From: an uncultured Trueperaceae bacterium
GTDB taxonomy: Bacteria; Deinococcota; Deinococci; Deinococcales; Trueperaceae
Assembly (NCBI GenBank): GCA_963727505.1
Contig: CAVSGP010000004.1
Coordinates: 64,001 to 128,000 of the forward strand
Length of the DNA: 64,000 bases
Direction: 5' to 3'
In this document: one piece after another, positions 51,236-61,188 of the stretch
Layout: the number at the start of each line of letters is the position of its first letter
How positions within the stretch are numbered: the first letter of the stretch is position 1
Notes under the pieces: model-generated
Seen by the model: the letters and a program-made list of their open reading frames with translations, nothing else
Told to the model about the DNA's origin: nothing
Database searches by the model: none
Position numbers and translations under genes: made by a program

Positions 51236-52726
51236 TCAACGGAAGTAACGACGGATGACCTCCTGGTACTCGAGCGGCACATCCCCTTCGGTGAGCGCCT
51301 GCTCTGCGGCCCGCCGGTAGCTTTCCATCGACGTGCCGGGGGGCAGCGTGACATCCGTGGATCCCGGAAGCCGAAGGGAGCCGCTGGCACTCTGCTCGCC
51401 CGGGCGCAGCTCTCCGGGGAGGAACTGCGGAGCCTGCCCCGCACCCTGGGCGGCGGGACCGCTGGGGCCGGCGGTACCGGGCTGATTGCCGCCGGTGCCC
51501 GAGCCCTCGCCGTTCTGGGCGCCGGGGAGGGTCCCGCCGTCGGCGGGGCCGGGCTGGGGCTGTCCGGCGGACGTGCCCGACGCGCCGCCTCCCTCGGCCT
51601 GTGAACCCTGGGCGGCGCCCTGCTGAGAACTCGGGCCCGAGCCAGCACCGCCGTCCGGCTGCCGTCCCTGTCCGTCCGACGCTCCGTTCGCACCCGACGG
51701 CGGGGGTCCGGAGCCGGTCGGTGGGGCGGGGGAAGCCGCGCCCTCCGGCGGCGACGCGCCCGCGGGCGCCTGCGAAGCCCCGGCACCACTGCCGTTGGAC
51801 CCCGACGCTGCTCCGCTCGTGTCCCGTCCCGGCGCGGCACCCTGGGACGGCACTCCGCTCGAGGCAGTGCCTGTTCCGCCCGCGGCACCGCTGCCCGTAG
51901 CGTTACTGCCGGCGGTGCCGCTCCGGGACGCGCCGGAGGTCGGCGTGCCAGGGGCTGCGGAACCGTCGCTCGGTGCGCCGTCGGTCGCCGGCCCCGCCGG
52001 ACCCGACGGCGCGGCGCCGGTCGGCGTCGACGGCTGCAGCGTCTGCAGGTAGTTCGACAGCACCTGCTGGTCGCTGGCCCGTCCCCCCGAACCTGCGGCC
52101 GCCGATGCGTCGGAGGCGTTGCTCGACGAGCTGCCGTTGTCCGCGGCCTGTGCGCGTTGCGGTGCGCTCGGGGGCGGTGGCGGAGCGCTCGAAGGCGTCG
52201 GTCGCTCCGGTGCTCCGGCCTGCGGCGGGGCTTCCTGCGTGGGGTTCCCCGACGCGCCCGTCAGCGGTACCGGTCGACTCGCCAGAGGGAACAACAACAG
52301 CGCCAACGCGGCCGCCAGCAGCGGCAGCCACCACGCCGGCAGATCAGGCGGCCTCACGTCTCGAACGCTGTCCACGGCACGGGCCCGGACGGCTTCCGCG
52401 AAGGTGGCGCCCTCGGACCCGGCATCGATCTCGAGGGCGGTCTCGTAGCTCAGCCCGGCGCGCTCCCGGATGTAGCGCAGGGCCCGCACTCGGTGGTCGC
52501 CGACGGGCAACACAGCGCCGACGAAGAAGGCGCCGAGCAGGACGGCCCCTTGCAACCACGGAACTGCCCCGGCGGCGGCGGAGACCAGCGACGCCAGCAG
52601 AGCGGCCGCGCTGCCACGCAGCAGCCGGACGCTCCAGGCGTTCCGGGCGGCGATGCGCACGTGCAACGCGAAGGTCTGCTCCACGGTGGGGCGGCTCGTC
52701 CGTTGGCGTCGGCTCGGATGGATCAT
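51236..52726 (-). CDS. membrane protein with long G/S/A/P low-complexity region and a structured-looking C-terminal helix
   Basis: Three TMs, disordered linker, C-terminal VPLEYQEVIRRYFR; ATGA overlap with upstream gene. Confidence 0.7.
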   Translation of the reverse strand: MIHPSRRQRTSRPTVEQTFALHVRIAARNAWSVRLLRGSAAALLASLVSAAAGAVPWLQGAVLLGAFFVGAVLPVGDHRVRALRYIRERAGLSYETALEIDAGSEGATFAEAVRARAVDSVRDVRPPDLPAWWLPLLAAALALLLFPLASRPVPLTGASGNPTQEAPPQAGAPERPTPSSAPPPPPSAPQRAQAADNGSSSSNASDASAAAGSGGRASDQQVLSNYLQTLQPSTPTGAAPSGPAGPATDGAPSDGSAAPGTPTSGASRSGTAGSNATGSGAAGGTGTASSGVPSQGAAPGRDTSGAASGSNGSGAGASQAPAGASPPEGAASPAPPTGSGPPPSGANGASDGQGRQPDGGAGSGPSSQQGAAQGSQAEGGGASGTSAGQPQPGPADGGTLPGAQNGEGSGTGGNQPGTAGPSGPAAQGAGQAPQFLPGELRPGEQSASGSLRLPGSTDVTLPPGTSMESYRRAAEQALTEGDVPLEYQEVIRRYFR

Positions 52727-53373
52727 GCGGCGTCCTTCGCGTCCCCTTCACGGCGGCGCGCGTCCTTCGCCGGGCGCGCGAGCCACCCGGCCGTTGCCGC
52801 CGCCAGAACGACCATGGCTGTGACGTGAACGGCGGATACGTGCAGTGCAGCTGTCAGCGGGTTGAAGACGTCGATGCCGAAGCGCACCTCGGCCCAGATG
52901 CCGGCCACGACCACACCCGGTACCAGCAACGGGAGCAGGGCCCCGATCCGCGCCCAGACAGCCGCGCGACCGAGCGCCAGCCCGACGCCGAAGTACGCCA
53001 GCGTCTCCGGGAAGGGGAGAAGACTCGACCACCACCACGGAACGGCCGGGTAACTGGCCGCGTAGCTGGCGACATCGAAGGGAGCGGAGAGCCCCACGAA
53101 CATGAGCAGCGCGCCCGCCGTGGCACGCCGGGTGCCCGTGCTCGCACCGCTCTCGGCCGCCCCGTACCCCAGCGCGGCCAGCGACAAGAGCACCATCCGC
53201 GCCTGAGCGAGTGCGAACCAGGCCTCGTTGCTGCCACCGGCGCTGGGCCAGCGCACGGCCAGCACGAAGAGCTGGGCCGCCAGGAACAGCGCCAGCGCCT
53301 GCAACATGTCGGCGCTTCGGAGCCTGTCCGCAACACGAGCGAACGCCCCCACACCCAGCCGAGCGCGGCTCAA
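52723..53373 (-). CDS. polytopic membrane protein (ABC-permease-like)
   Basis: About 6 TMs; TTGA overlap with upstream stop; alternative ATG at MLQAL. Confidence 0.65.
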   Translation of the reverse strand: MSRARLGVGAFARVADRLRSADMLQALALFLAAQLFVLAVRWPSAGGSNEAWFALAQARMVLLSLAALGYGAAESGASTGTRRATAGALLMFVGLSAPFDVASYAASYPAVPWWWSSLLPFPETLAYFGVGLALGRAAVWARIGALLPLLVPGVVVAGIWAEVRFGIDVFNPLTAALHVSAVHVTAMVVLAAATAGWLARPAKDARRREGDAKDAA

Positions 53374-54836
53374 GGCGGGCCTCCCGGAAGCTCGGCCAGC
53401 GAGGGCAGAGCGACCCACACCGTCTCCGGAGCCTGCGCCAGGGCCGTGCCGACGGGGAGGAGCGCCGCCAGCCGTGCCAGCACCGGAGGGAGCCCACCCT
53501 CCTCGCCGGGTGCCGGGGCCCACGTCGCGCCGGACGCGAGATCGGGCTGGCGCCCGAGGCCCAGCACGTAGACGTCGCGAAGGAGGCCACGGCCGTCGTT
53601 GACGAGCCGCCCGTCCTGGAAGCGCAAGTTCGCAGGTCGAAGGGCCGGTCGGGCGGCGACCGCCACCGCGTTCCAGCGCGGGAGTTCGACGTGCGTGGAG
53701 CCATCGTCGACCGAGTACGGGAGCGCAGAGAGCGGGCGGCCGGCTCCGTCGAGGCTCACCACGCCCGACGGAAGGGTGAGCCGCTCGTCGACCCTCAGCG
53801 CGAGCGCCAGCTCCCCGCCGCCCAGCAGTACCGTGCGGGACGCGGTCAGCTCCGGTGAGACGGGTCGCAGGAGCCTCCAACCGGCGACCGAAACCAATAG
53901 CGCCAGCACCAGCGCTGCCGCCAGTCCGGGCGCACCGCCGAAGCGAAGGCCTAGCAGCGCCGCCAGAGCGTACGCTGCGGCCAGCGACAGCATCAGCGGC
54001 TGGCTCGGGGTGGGGGGAGGGCGAAGCAGCCGATCGGCCGCCAGCGCCTGCACCAGGCCCGCACGGTCCTGCGGCCTCCATGCAGCGAGTCGTGCGCGCA
54101 CGGCCGCAGGATCGGCGGCGACGCGCATCACCACGCCGGCTCCGAGGCGGTGGCTCCCGGCTGCCGCCAGCCCGGCGAGCCCAGCTTGACTGTCGGGCAG
54201 CGTGCCGGCGAGCAGCACCTGGACGCCTCCGGCGGCAGCGGCGGCGACCGACGTGGCCCGCGGCGCAGCGGCGCTGCCGTCGAGCAGGATCGTCCGCACA
54301 CCGTCGAAGGCGGCCGCCCTGGCCGGCAGATCGGACGCCGCGACGTCCACGATACGGGCGTCCGCGGCGAAGGCGCCGCGCCAGCTCCCCGGCGAGCTCG
54401 AGAGCACCACCTGCAGGGGCCTGGCGTCCGCGTCACCCGCGCCCAGGCTGCCGCTCGCCAGTACCGTTCGTCCACTCGCCAGCGTCCAGCTGAGCGAGCG
54501 AAAACTGGGCACGTAGAGGTCGTCCTGGAACACGGTCACGCCGCTGCCGCCGGGCACCGAGGCGCTGTAGCGGACGATGCGCGGGCCCTCGAGCAGCGAA
54601 CCCTCGTCGATGCGAACACGGAGCACGCTGGGCGCGGCGTCGCGAACCGTCACCTGGACCGGGTTCCAGGCGTCGGCGACGGGGTGACCCCCCAGCCCCA
54701 GCTCGACCTGGGCCCGGTCGGTCTGCGCCGCGGCGTGGGCCGCGAGAGCGAGGACAGCCAGGGCAAGCACCCGCAACAGCCCGACATGGACTGCACCACG
54801 GTGCCCGACGGCCGGACCGGCGTTCGTGACGTTCAT
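53370..54836 (-). CDS. secreted/membrane hypothetical protein
   Basis: Signal peptide, WNPV.V segment, alpha/beta middle domain, two TMs; TATACT 8 nt before ATG. Confidence 0.7.
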   Translation of the reverse strand: MNVTNAGPAVGHRGAVHVGLLRVLALAVLALAAHAAAQTDRAQVELGLGGHPVADAWNPVQVTVRDAAPSVLRVRIDEGSLLEGPRIVRYSASVPGGSGVTVFQDDLYVPSFRSLSWTLASGRTVLASGSLGAGDADARPLQVVLSSSPGSWRGAFAADARIVDVAASDLPARAAAFDGVRTILLDGSAAAPRATSVAAAAAGGVQVLLAGTLPDSQAGLAGLAAAGSHRLGAGVVMRVAADPAAVRARLAAWRPQDRAGLVQALAADRLLRPPPTPSQPLMLSLAAAYALAALLGLRFGGAPGLAAALVLALLVSVAGWRLLRPVSPELTASRTVLLGGGELALALRVDERLTLPSGVVSLDGAGRPLSALPYSVDDGSTHVELPRWNAVAVAARPALRPANLRFQDGRLVNDGRGLLRDVYVLGLGRQPDLASGATWAPAPGEEGGLPPVLARLAALLPVGTALAQAPETVWVALPSLAELPGGPP

Positions 54837-54894
54837 GTGCTTGGAGTATACGGGCCCGCCGCACCACGCCGCGTGGCGGCGCCTCACCTCGGGG

Positions 54895-56469
54895 TCAGGG
54901 GGCTGAGCGGCTCGCCACCGGCTGCTTGGGGCGTACCACGATGGCGCTCACGACCTTGCGCTCGAAGGCCCGGTTGAGCGGTTTCCCGTCAGCGACCAGC
55001 GTCGCGCTCGAGCCGCTGTCGAGCCGCATGGCGTCGCGCGCCCCGAGACCCAGGAACAGGGGCACGAGATCCGACGCCCGCATCGACTGGGCCACCACCA
55101 GGAGCACCGTGCCGTCTGGCATGATGCCGATCGCCGACTGCTGGGTCACGGCGTCGAGGATGCGCTGCCCGGTGGGGAAGCCCTCCGCTTCGGGGTGGAA
55201 GGCGGCCTGGCCGTCCTTCACGAGCAGTGGGCCCGCCTCCACCACGTACGGCGCGGCGTCGAACGAGGCCGGTTGGAGCTGCAGGTCGAGGGCGACCGAC
55301 GAGCCAGCGTCGACGCGCGCGAGCGTGCGGTGGTCGGGCGGATAGACCAGGGCGAAGCCCGCGGTAGGCACACTTCGCGGCCCGACCCGGTTGCCCAGGA
55401 CCACGCCGTGCTGAACGGTGATGACACCGACGCGGGGCCCTCCGACCAGGGCGCCTGCCGCCGTCGCCACCCCGATGTCGCCGGCGCCGGTCTCCCCGAC
55501 GTCGACGCTGCGCCCGTCCACCCGCAGGCTGAGGTGCGCATGCAGCCGCGCGATGCTCGCTCCGCCCGGGGAGAAGGCCACCGCAGCGCGGCTCCGGGTG
55601 GGCAACGAGAGCATGCCGTAGTCGACGCGCAGTATCCCCACGGCAGCGAAGGTGCTGGGATCGAAGTAGCCGGCATTGATGCCGGCGACGGCGCCGGAGG
55701 CCAGTTGGGTGAGCGTCCGGGGCTCGCGGCTGGCGCCGACCACACGCAGCTCGGCGTCGCCGGGCGCGACCGAGATCAGGTGCACCACGCTGCTTCCGGA
55801 CGAGGAAGGAGCGTTGAAGCGCCGGTAGCGGACGCCAGGCGCCAGCGTGCGATCGATCTCGGGCAGCGCCGCCTGCTTCTGGGGAACGATGTCGATCACC
55901 ACGCGCGTGGGGTTCGACAGCGGGAACACCTTGTAGTGGAAGGCCGGGCCGCTGACGCTCGCCCGGACGCCGCCCGGCTCAGGATCCACCGCCACCTCGA
56001 CGCCGTGGTAGGGGTCGGGCGAGGATGCGGGAAGCAGCATGGGGGGGAGGTGCAACGTCAACGGGTTGCCGCTGGCGACGTCCCCCTCACGCCGTAGCCC
56101 GCTCACGTCGCTCTCCGAAAGGTCCCGCACGTCGAGCACCACCCGCACGTCGCCGTTGCCTCCGAAACGCACGTCTGCCAGCCTCGGCAGCGACACCCCC
56201 AGGGCGTCGAGCACCGAGCCGTCGACGAGCACGCCGTCGGGGGAGACCTGCGGGGGATCGGCGCGCACGTCGCCCAGCCAGCCGAGACCCTCGACGTAGG
56301 TGAGTTCTGTGCCGCCGTAGCTCAGGCGGATGGCACCGTCCGTGACGTGCACGGAGGCCCCTGGCAAACGGTAGAGGGTGGACGGCTGCGCCCACGCGGC
56401 TCCCGTCAGGACGAGCAGCAGCGTCAGCACAACAGGGAAGAGGGAGCGGGGGTAGATCACCGACGCCAC
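54895..56469 (-). CDS. phosphodiester glycosidase family protein (NAGPA/DUF2233-like)
   Basis: Signal peptide; INAGYF, AGPLLV, SAIG and AMRLDSGSS motifs. Confidence 0.85.
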   Translation of the reverse strand: MASVIYPRSLFPVVLTLLLVLTGAAWAQPSTLYRLPGASVHVTDGAIRLSYGGTELTYVEGLGWLGDVRADPPQVSPDGVLVDGSVLDALGVSLPRLADVRFGGNGDVRVVLDVRDLSESDVSGLRREGDVASGNPLTLHLPPMLLPASSPDPYHGVEVAVDPEPGGVRASVSGPAFHYKVFPLSNPTRVVIDIVPQKQAALPEIDRTLAPGVRYRRFNAPSSSGSSVVHLISVAPGDAELRVVGASREPRTLTQLASGAVAGINAGYFDPSTFAAVGILRVDYGMLSLPTRSRAAVAFSPGGASIARLHAHLSLRVDGRSVDVGETGAGDIGVATAAGALVGGPRVGVITVQHGVVLGNRVGPRSVPTAGFALVYPPDHRTLARVDAGSSVALDLQLQPASFDAAPYVVEAGPLLVKDGQAAFHPEAEGFPTGQRILDAVTQQSAIGIMPDGTVLLVVAQSMRASDLVPLFLGLGARDAMRLDSGSSATLVADGKPLNRAFERKVVSAIVVRPKQPVASRSAP

Positions 56470-56510
56470 GAGTCTTGCAGGTCGGAACGACAGCTTGATG
56501 AGACGGGGCT

Positions 56511-57293
56511 TCAGAGTGCGTGGAAGATCTCGAGCAGTGGCTCCACCCCGACCGGCGCGCCAAGCATGTGGCTGAGACCCAGGCCGATGGCGTAGGCGTC
56601 CAGGTCGCGCCGGTTGAACGTGAGCGCGCCGACGCTCATGGCCCGCTTGCGCAGGGCCGAAACCGGCTCGGACACCAGGTCCAGCAGAGTCAGGTGGGGC
56701 CCGAGCAGGGCCGCCGGCACCCGCACCGACCCATCGAGCCGGACCAGAAGGTCGGCCCGCTCCAACAGCGTGGGCACCAGCGGGTCCTGCGCGGCTCGGG
56801 CCACCACCGCCGTGCCCGCCGCCAGCTCGGGCAGGGTGCGCTCGGCATCGGCCGGACTTTCCGCTAGCACCGACAGCGAGGCCGCCCCCAGGCTCGACAG
56901 CTCGCGCGCCACGCCGCGCGCCGTGGCTCCGCTTCCGAGGAGCACCACGTCAGCGTCGCGGGCGTCCCAGCGGGCCGCTTCCAGCAGGCCCGCGACGGCC
57001 CGACCCAGGTTGTACTCGGCGATCACGCCCCCCGGCGTGACGGTGACGGTGTCGGCCCCCCCGACCTCCTCGGCGTCGAGCGAGCAACGATCGGCATGGC
57101 GCAGCGCGTCTGCCTGGGCCGCCGGGTCGAGGACCAGCGCGCCCGCGAAGTCCAGGCGGGCGAGCGCCTTGAACAGGTCGCTCACCCCGCCGGCGGGCAC
57201 CGGGTGGAGCAGGAAACGGCCCTGAGCGTCCCGGAAGGAGCGCAGGGCATGGCGGACATCCGCATCGGCGCTGACGACGGCGACGAGGTGCAT
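56511..57293 (-). CDS. degenerate shikimate dehydrogenase-like protein
   Basis: AroE-like layout (A..VGGADT, VLLGSGATARG, LLDLV) with catalytic motifs altered. Confidence 0.7.
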   Translation of the reverse strand: MHLVAVVSADADVRHALRSFRDAQGRFLLHPVPAGGVSDLFKALARLDFAGALVLDPAAQADALRHADRCSLDAEEVGGADTVTVTPGGVIAEYNLGRAVAGLLEAARWDARDADVVLLGSGATARGVARELSSLGAASLSVLAESPADAERTLPELAAGTAVVARAAQDPLVPTLLERADLLVRLDGSVRVPAALLGPHLTLLDLVSEPVSALRKRAMSVGALTFNRRDLDAYAIGLGLSHMLGAPVGVEPLLEIFHAL

Positions 57294-57394
57294 GGCGCCC
57301 ACGATACCGTGCGTGCCGGCCGCGGCCCCCGACGGGACGCCGCGAGCCCGTCTGTCACGCGCCGCGCGCCAGGAACGCTGTGGTACAGTGCCGC

Positions 57395-57484
57395 ATGGCG
57401 CTACAGCGACCTGCCCGGACGACCCACGTCGGTGCCTGCGCTCCTGCGCGCCGAACGCGCCGAACGTCGGGTGGATGCCCGTAG
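57395..57484 (+). CDS. putative leaderless Thr-containing leader peptide of thrS (29 aa)
   Basis: TG-extended TACAGT ends 5 nt before ATG; four Thr codons including tandem ACG-ACC. Confidence 0.45.
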   Translation: MALQRPARTTHVGACAPARRTRRTSGGCP

Positions 57485-57534
57485 GTCCCTGTCCCTTCCC
57501 TGAAGATCCCGAACCCACATCCCCGAGGTGCAGC

Positions 57535-59517
57535 ATGCATGTTGTTCTTCCCGACGGTAAGCGCTTGGAGCTTCCGCCGCACGCCACCGGCGCCGACGTC
57601 TCGCAGGCCATCGGTCCGGGCCTGGCGAAGGCGGCGCTCGGCGTCAAGATCGACGGTCGCCTGGCCGACCTGATGAGCGAGGTCCCCGACGGGGCGCACG
57701 TCGCCATCCTGACCCGCAAGGACCCCGCCGTGGTGGACCTGATGCGGCACACGCTGGCGCACGTCATGGCCCAGGCGGTCACCGAGTACTTCGAGCAGCA
57801 GGGCTTCGAGGCCGGCAGCGTGCGTATGGGCATCGGGCCGGTCATCGAGGACGGCTTCTACTACGACTTCGATCTGCCGCGTACCCTCACACCGGATGAC
57901 CTCGAAGCGATCGAGACGATCATGCGTCGGATCCTCGCCGACGACCTGCACCTTCGCAAGTACACGCTGCCGCGCGGGGAAGCGCTCGAGCGCTTCCAAC
58001 AGCGCGGCGACCCCTACAAGGTCGAGCTCATCGAGGACCTGCCCGAGGGCGAGCCCATCAGCTTCTACGAGCAAGGGGGCGATGCGGGGTTCACCGACCT
58101 GTGCCGTGGGCCGCACGTGCCGCGCACCGGCGCCATCCCCGCCCACTTCAAGCTCATGAGCGTGGCGGGAGCGTACTGGCGCGGCGACGAGCGCCGCCCC
58201 ATGCTGCAGCGCATCTACGGCGTGGCCTTCCAGACCGCCGACGAGCTCAAGCACCATCTGTGGCTGCTCGAGGAGGCGAAGAAGCGCGACCACCGCAAGC
58301 TCGGTCGCGACCTCGGGCTCTTCACCTTCAGCGAGGAGATCGGCGCGGGGTTGCCGATCTTCTTCCCGCGCGGCGAGATCGTGCGTTTCGAGATGGAGCG
58401 CTACGTGCGGGAGCTGCAGACCCGCTACGGTTACCAGCATGTCTGGACCGGGCACATGGTGCGCGAATCGCTGTACGCCCGCTCGGGGCACCTCGAGAAC
58501 TACGCCGACGTGATGTACCCCGTCATGGAGGACGAAGGGGTGCGCATGCGGCTGAAGCCGATGAACTGCCCCAGCCACATGACGCTGTTCAACGCCGGCC
58601 ACCACAGCTACCGCGAGCTGCCGTTGCGCTACGCGGAGTTCGCCACCCTGTACCGCTACGAGAAGTCGGGCCAGCTCTCCGGCCTGACCCGGGTGCGTAG
58701 CCTCACGCAGGACGACTGCCACATCTTCTGTACCGAGGCGCAGGTCCAGGAGGAGTTCGCGCTGGCGCTCCGGCTGATCCGCGAGGTGCTGTCGACCTAC
58801 CGGATGACCGATTACCGTGTCCAGCTCAGCCTCCGCGGCGAGGAGGGCAAGTACGTCGACGACGACGAGAAGTGGGTCAAGGCCACCGCTGCCCTGCGCC
58901 GCGCGCTCGACGCCGAGAACGTGCCCTACGAGGAGGTCACCGGCGAGGCCGCGTTCTACGGCCCCAAGGCCGACTTCATGGCCAAGGACGCGCTCGGCCG
59001 CGAGTGGCAACTCTCCACCATCCAGGTCGACTTCATCCAGCCGGCCCGGCTGGAGTGCAGCTACATCGGCGAGGACGGCGAGAAGCACACCCCGGTGGTG
59101 CTCCACCGTGCGGTGACCGGCTCCACCGAACGCTTCATGGGGGTGATGCTGGAGCACTTCGCGGGCGACCTGCCGCTGTGGCTGGCGCCCGAGCACGTGC
59201 GGCTCGTCCCCATCGCCGACCGCCACCTGGAGTACGCCGAACGCATCCGGCAGCGGCTGCTCGACCGAGGGTTGCGCTCGGAGGTCGACGACCGCGGCGA
59301 GCGCATGAACGCCAAGGTGCGCGACGCGGAGCTGCTCAAGGTCCCCTACATCGTCATCGTCGGGGACAAGGAGGCCGAAGCGGACGCCATCTCCTTCAGG
59401 AGCCGCAAGGAGGCCAACCGCAACGGCGTCGCGCTCGACGCCTTCGTCGCGCACCTCGAGGCGGCGGTGCACGCGCGCGACGCCGAGGTGACGCCGCTCG
59501 CAGGCACGGCCGGCTAA
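57535..59517 (+). CDS. thrS: threonine--tRNA ligase
   Basis: TGS domain, DLCRGPH, RDHRKLG, KPMNCP, GLTRVR and AFYGPK motifs; GAGGTG RBS. Confidence 0.97.
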   Translation: MHVVLPDGKRLELPPHATGADVSQAIGPGLAKAALGVKIDGRLADLMSEVPDGAHVAILTRKDPAVVDLMRHTLAHVMAQAVTEYFEQQGFEAGSVRMGIGPVIEDGFYYDFDLPRTLTPDDLEAIETIMRRILADDLHLRKYTLPRGEALERFQQRGDPYKVELIEDLPEGEPISFYEQGGDAGFTDLCRGPHVPRTGAIPAHFKLMSVAGAYWRGDERRPMLQRIYGVAFQTADELKHHLWLLEEAKKRDHRKLGRDLGLFTFSEEIGAGLPIFFPRGEIVRFEMERYVRELQTRYGYQHVWTGHMVRESLYARSGHLENYADVMYPVMEDEGVRMRLKPMNCPSHMTLFNAGHHSYRELPLRYAEFATLYRYEKSGQLSGLTRVRSLTQDDCHIFCTEAQVQEEFALALRLIREVLSTYRMTDYRVQLSLRGEEGKYVDDDEKWVKATAALRRALDAENVPYEEVTGEAAFYGPKADFMAKDALGREWQLSTIQVDFIQPARLECSYIGEDGEKHTPVVLHRAVTGSTERFMGVMLEHFAGDLPLWLAPEHVRLVPIADRHLEYAERIRQRLLDRGLRSEVDDRGERMNAKVRDAELLKVPYIVIVGDKEAEADAISFRSRKEANRNGVALDAFVAHLEAAVHARDAEVTPLAGTAG

Positions 59518-59554
59518 CGCCCGCGCTCAGGCGGGCATGCCCCGCGCTTGCGGG

Positions 59555-60127
59555 TCACTCCTGCACGTAGATGGTGACGCGCTCCATGTTGTCGGGCTTG
59601 GCGCCGCCGGGGCGCCCGGGATCGACCCGGGTGAGGGCGTCGAGGACCTCCTCGCCCTCCAGCACACGGCCGAACACGGCATGCCGTCCGTCGAGCCAGG
59701 GCGTGGCGTCGAAGGTGATGAAGAACTGCGAGCCGTTGGTGCCGGGTCCGGCGTTGGCCATCGACAGCACGCCCTTGCCGTCGTGGCTCAGGTCGGGGCC
59801 GAACTCGTCGGCGAAGGTGTAGCCGGGACCGCCACGGCCGCTGCCGGTGGGGTCCCCGGTCTGCGCCATGAAGCCGTCGAGCACGCGGTGGAACACCACC
59901 CCATCGTAGAAGCGGTGACGTGCCAGGAACACGAAGTTGTTGACGGTGGTGGGAGCGGCGTCCTGGTAGAGGTCGAGCACGAGCGGCCCCTTGCTGGTGG
60001 AGATCAGCGCACGGTAGTCGGCGCCGGGCGACAGAACGGGCTCCGCGGCAGCGAAGCGGGTGGTGCGCTCGGCGCCGAGCGGGTCGAGCGGGGCGTATCC
60101 GTTGAGGGCTTGAGGCTGACTGTCCAT
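59555..60127 (-). CDS. cyclophilin-type peptidyl-prolyl isomerase (cytoplasmic)
   Basis: [28 protein letters not shown] and WLDG.H.VFG motifs; AAAGGA RBS. Confidence 0.94.
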   Translation of the reverse strand: MDSQPQALNGYAPLDPLGAERTTRFAAAEPVLSPGADYRALISTSKGPLVLDLYQDAAPTTVNNFVFLARHRFYDGVVFHRVLDGFMAQTGDPTGSGRGGPGYTFADEFGPDLSHDGKGVLSMANAGPGTNGSQFFITFDATPWLDGRHAVFGRVLEGEEVLDALTRVDPGRPGGAKPDNMERVTIYVQE

Positions 60128-60177
60128 GTGTTTCCTTTCCATGGCCTGCACGACGGGTACGGCGGCTGCCGCACCGC

Positions 60178-61173
60178 CTAGGATGCGGGCTTGACCGCGA
60201 TCACGACGCGCTCGAGGGTATCGGGTTGCGGGAAGAAGGCGACCGCCGGCTCGCCGTTGGCGCTCCCGACTACGGCGCGGTAGCCCTCCACCGTGAAGGA
60301 CTGGCCACCGACGGGAGCCACGCCGAGGGCCTTGGCGAGCGTGTCGCCGACGGTGTTGGAGCGGGGGCCAGCGAGCTGCACTCCCTTCGAGGCCAGCAGC
60401 CCGAGCGTGTCGCCGAGCCCCACGACCGCCTCCGGCTTCCGGGGATCGATGCGCTGCAGTTTGCCCAGCACGTCGCCGCCGGCGACCACCTGACCGAAGA
60501 TGCTGTAGTGGCCGTCCAGCCAGGGAGTCGGAGCGAACGTGATGAAGAACTGCGAGCCGTTGGTGTTGGGCCCGGCGTTGGCCATCGCGACGACGCCGCG
60601 CTTGTCGAAGTGGAGCCGGGGGGAGATCTCGTCGGGGATGGCGTAACCCGGGCCTCCAGTGCCGGTCCCGGTGGGGTCGCCGGTCTGCGCCATGAACCCG
60701 TCGAGCACCCGGTGGAAGGGCACCCCGTTGTAGAAACGGTTCAGGGCAAGGAACACGAAGTTGTTCACGGTCTCGGGTGCGTCCTTGCTCAGCAGGTCGA
60801 GCGTGATGTTCCCCTTGCTGGTCACGAGCACGGCGGCGTACGCCTTGCCCGGGACGACCACCTGTTCCGGCTTGTCGAACACGAGCTTACGCTCGGCATT
60901 CGCATAGGGGAGGGCGCTGTAGCCATCGGGCAACGGCACCGACGCGGCCGCGCCGCCCGCGCTTCTCCCGGCCGGCGCCGCGGCCGCGCCGCTCGCGCCC
61001 GTTCCGCTTCCCTTGCCGGCCGCCGTCGCGGCTGGCGCCACCGACTGCGACGGGCTCTGCGCCGGGCTCTGCGCCGTTCCCTGGGGCGCCGTTGCGCTCT
61101 GGCGCCGAGCCAGCCAGAACCCGGTGAACAGCAGCACCAGCGTGACCAGCACCAGAGCGAGGATCCGGGTCAC
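60178..61173 (-). CDS. membrane-anchored cyclophilin-type peptidyl-prolyl isomerase
   Basis: N-terminal TM, A/G/P linker, cyclophilin motifs, C-terminal insertion. Confidence 0.92.
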   Translation of the reverse strand: MTRILALVLVTLVLLFTGFWLARRQSATAPQGTAQSPAQSPSQSVAPAATAAGKGSGTGASGAAAAPAGRSAGGAAASVPLPDGYSALPYANAERKLVFDKPEQVVVPGKAYAAVLVTSKGNITLDLLSKDAPETVNNFVFLALNRFYNGVPFHRVLDGFMAQTGDPTGTGTGGPGYAIPDEISPRLHFDKRGVVAMANAGPNTNGSQFFITFAPTPWLDGHYSIFGQVVAGGDVLGKLQRIDPRKPEAVVGLGDTLGLLASKGVQLAGPRSNTVGDTLAKALGVAPVGGQSFTVEGYRAVVGSANGEPAVAFFPQPDTLERVVIAVKPAS

Positions 61174-61188
61174 GCCGCCTCGCCCCGT

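Noticed and set aside
51400..52250. Collagen-like or repeat element in the low-complexity region
   Set aside because: No Gly-X-Y periodicity or exact nucleotide repeats; it reads as an ordinary disordered linker
57292..57534. N-terminal extensions of thrS and of the aroE-like ORF
   Set aside because: They are mutually overlapping open frames across a divergent promoter region; the starts at 57535 and 57293 are better supported
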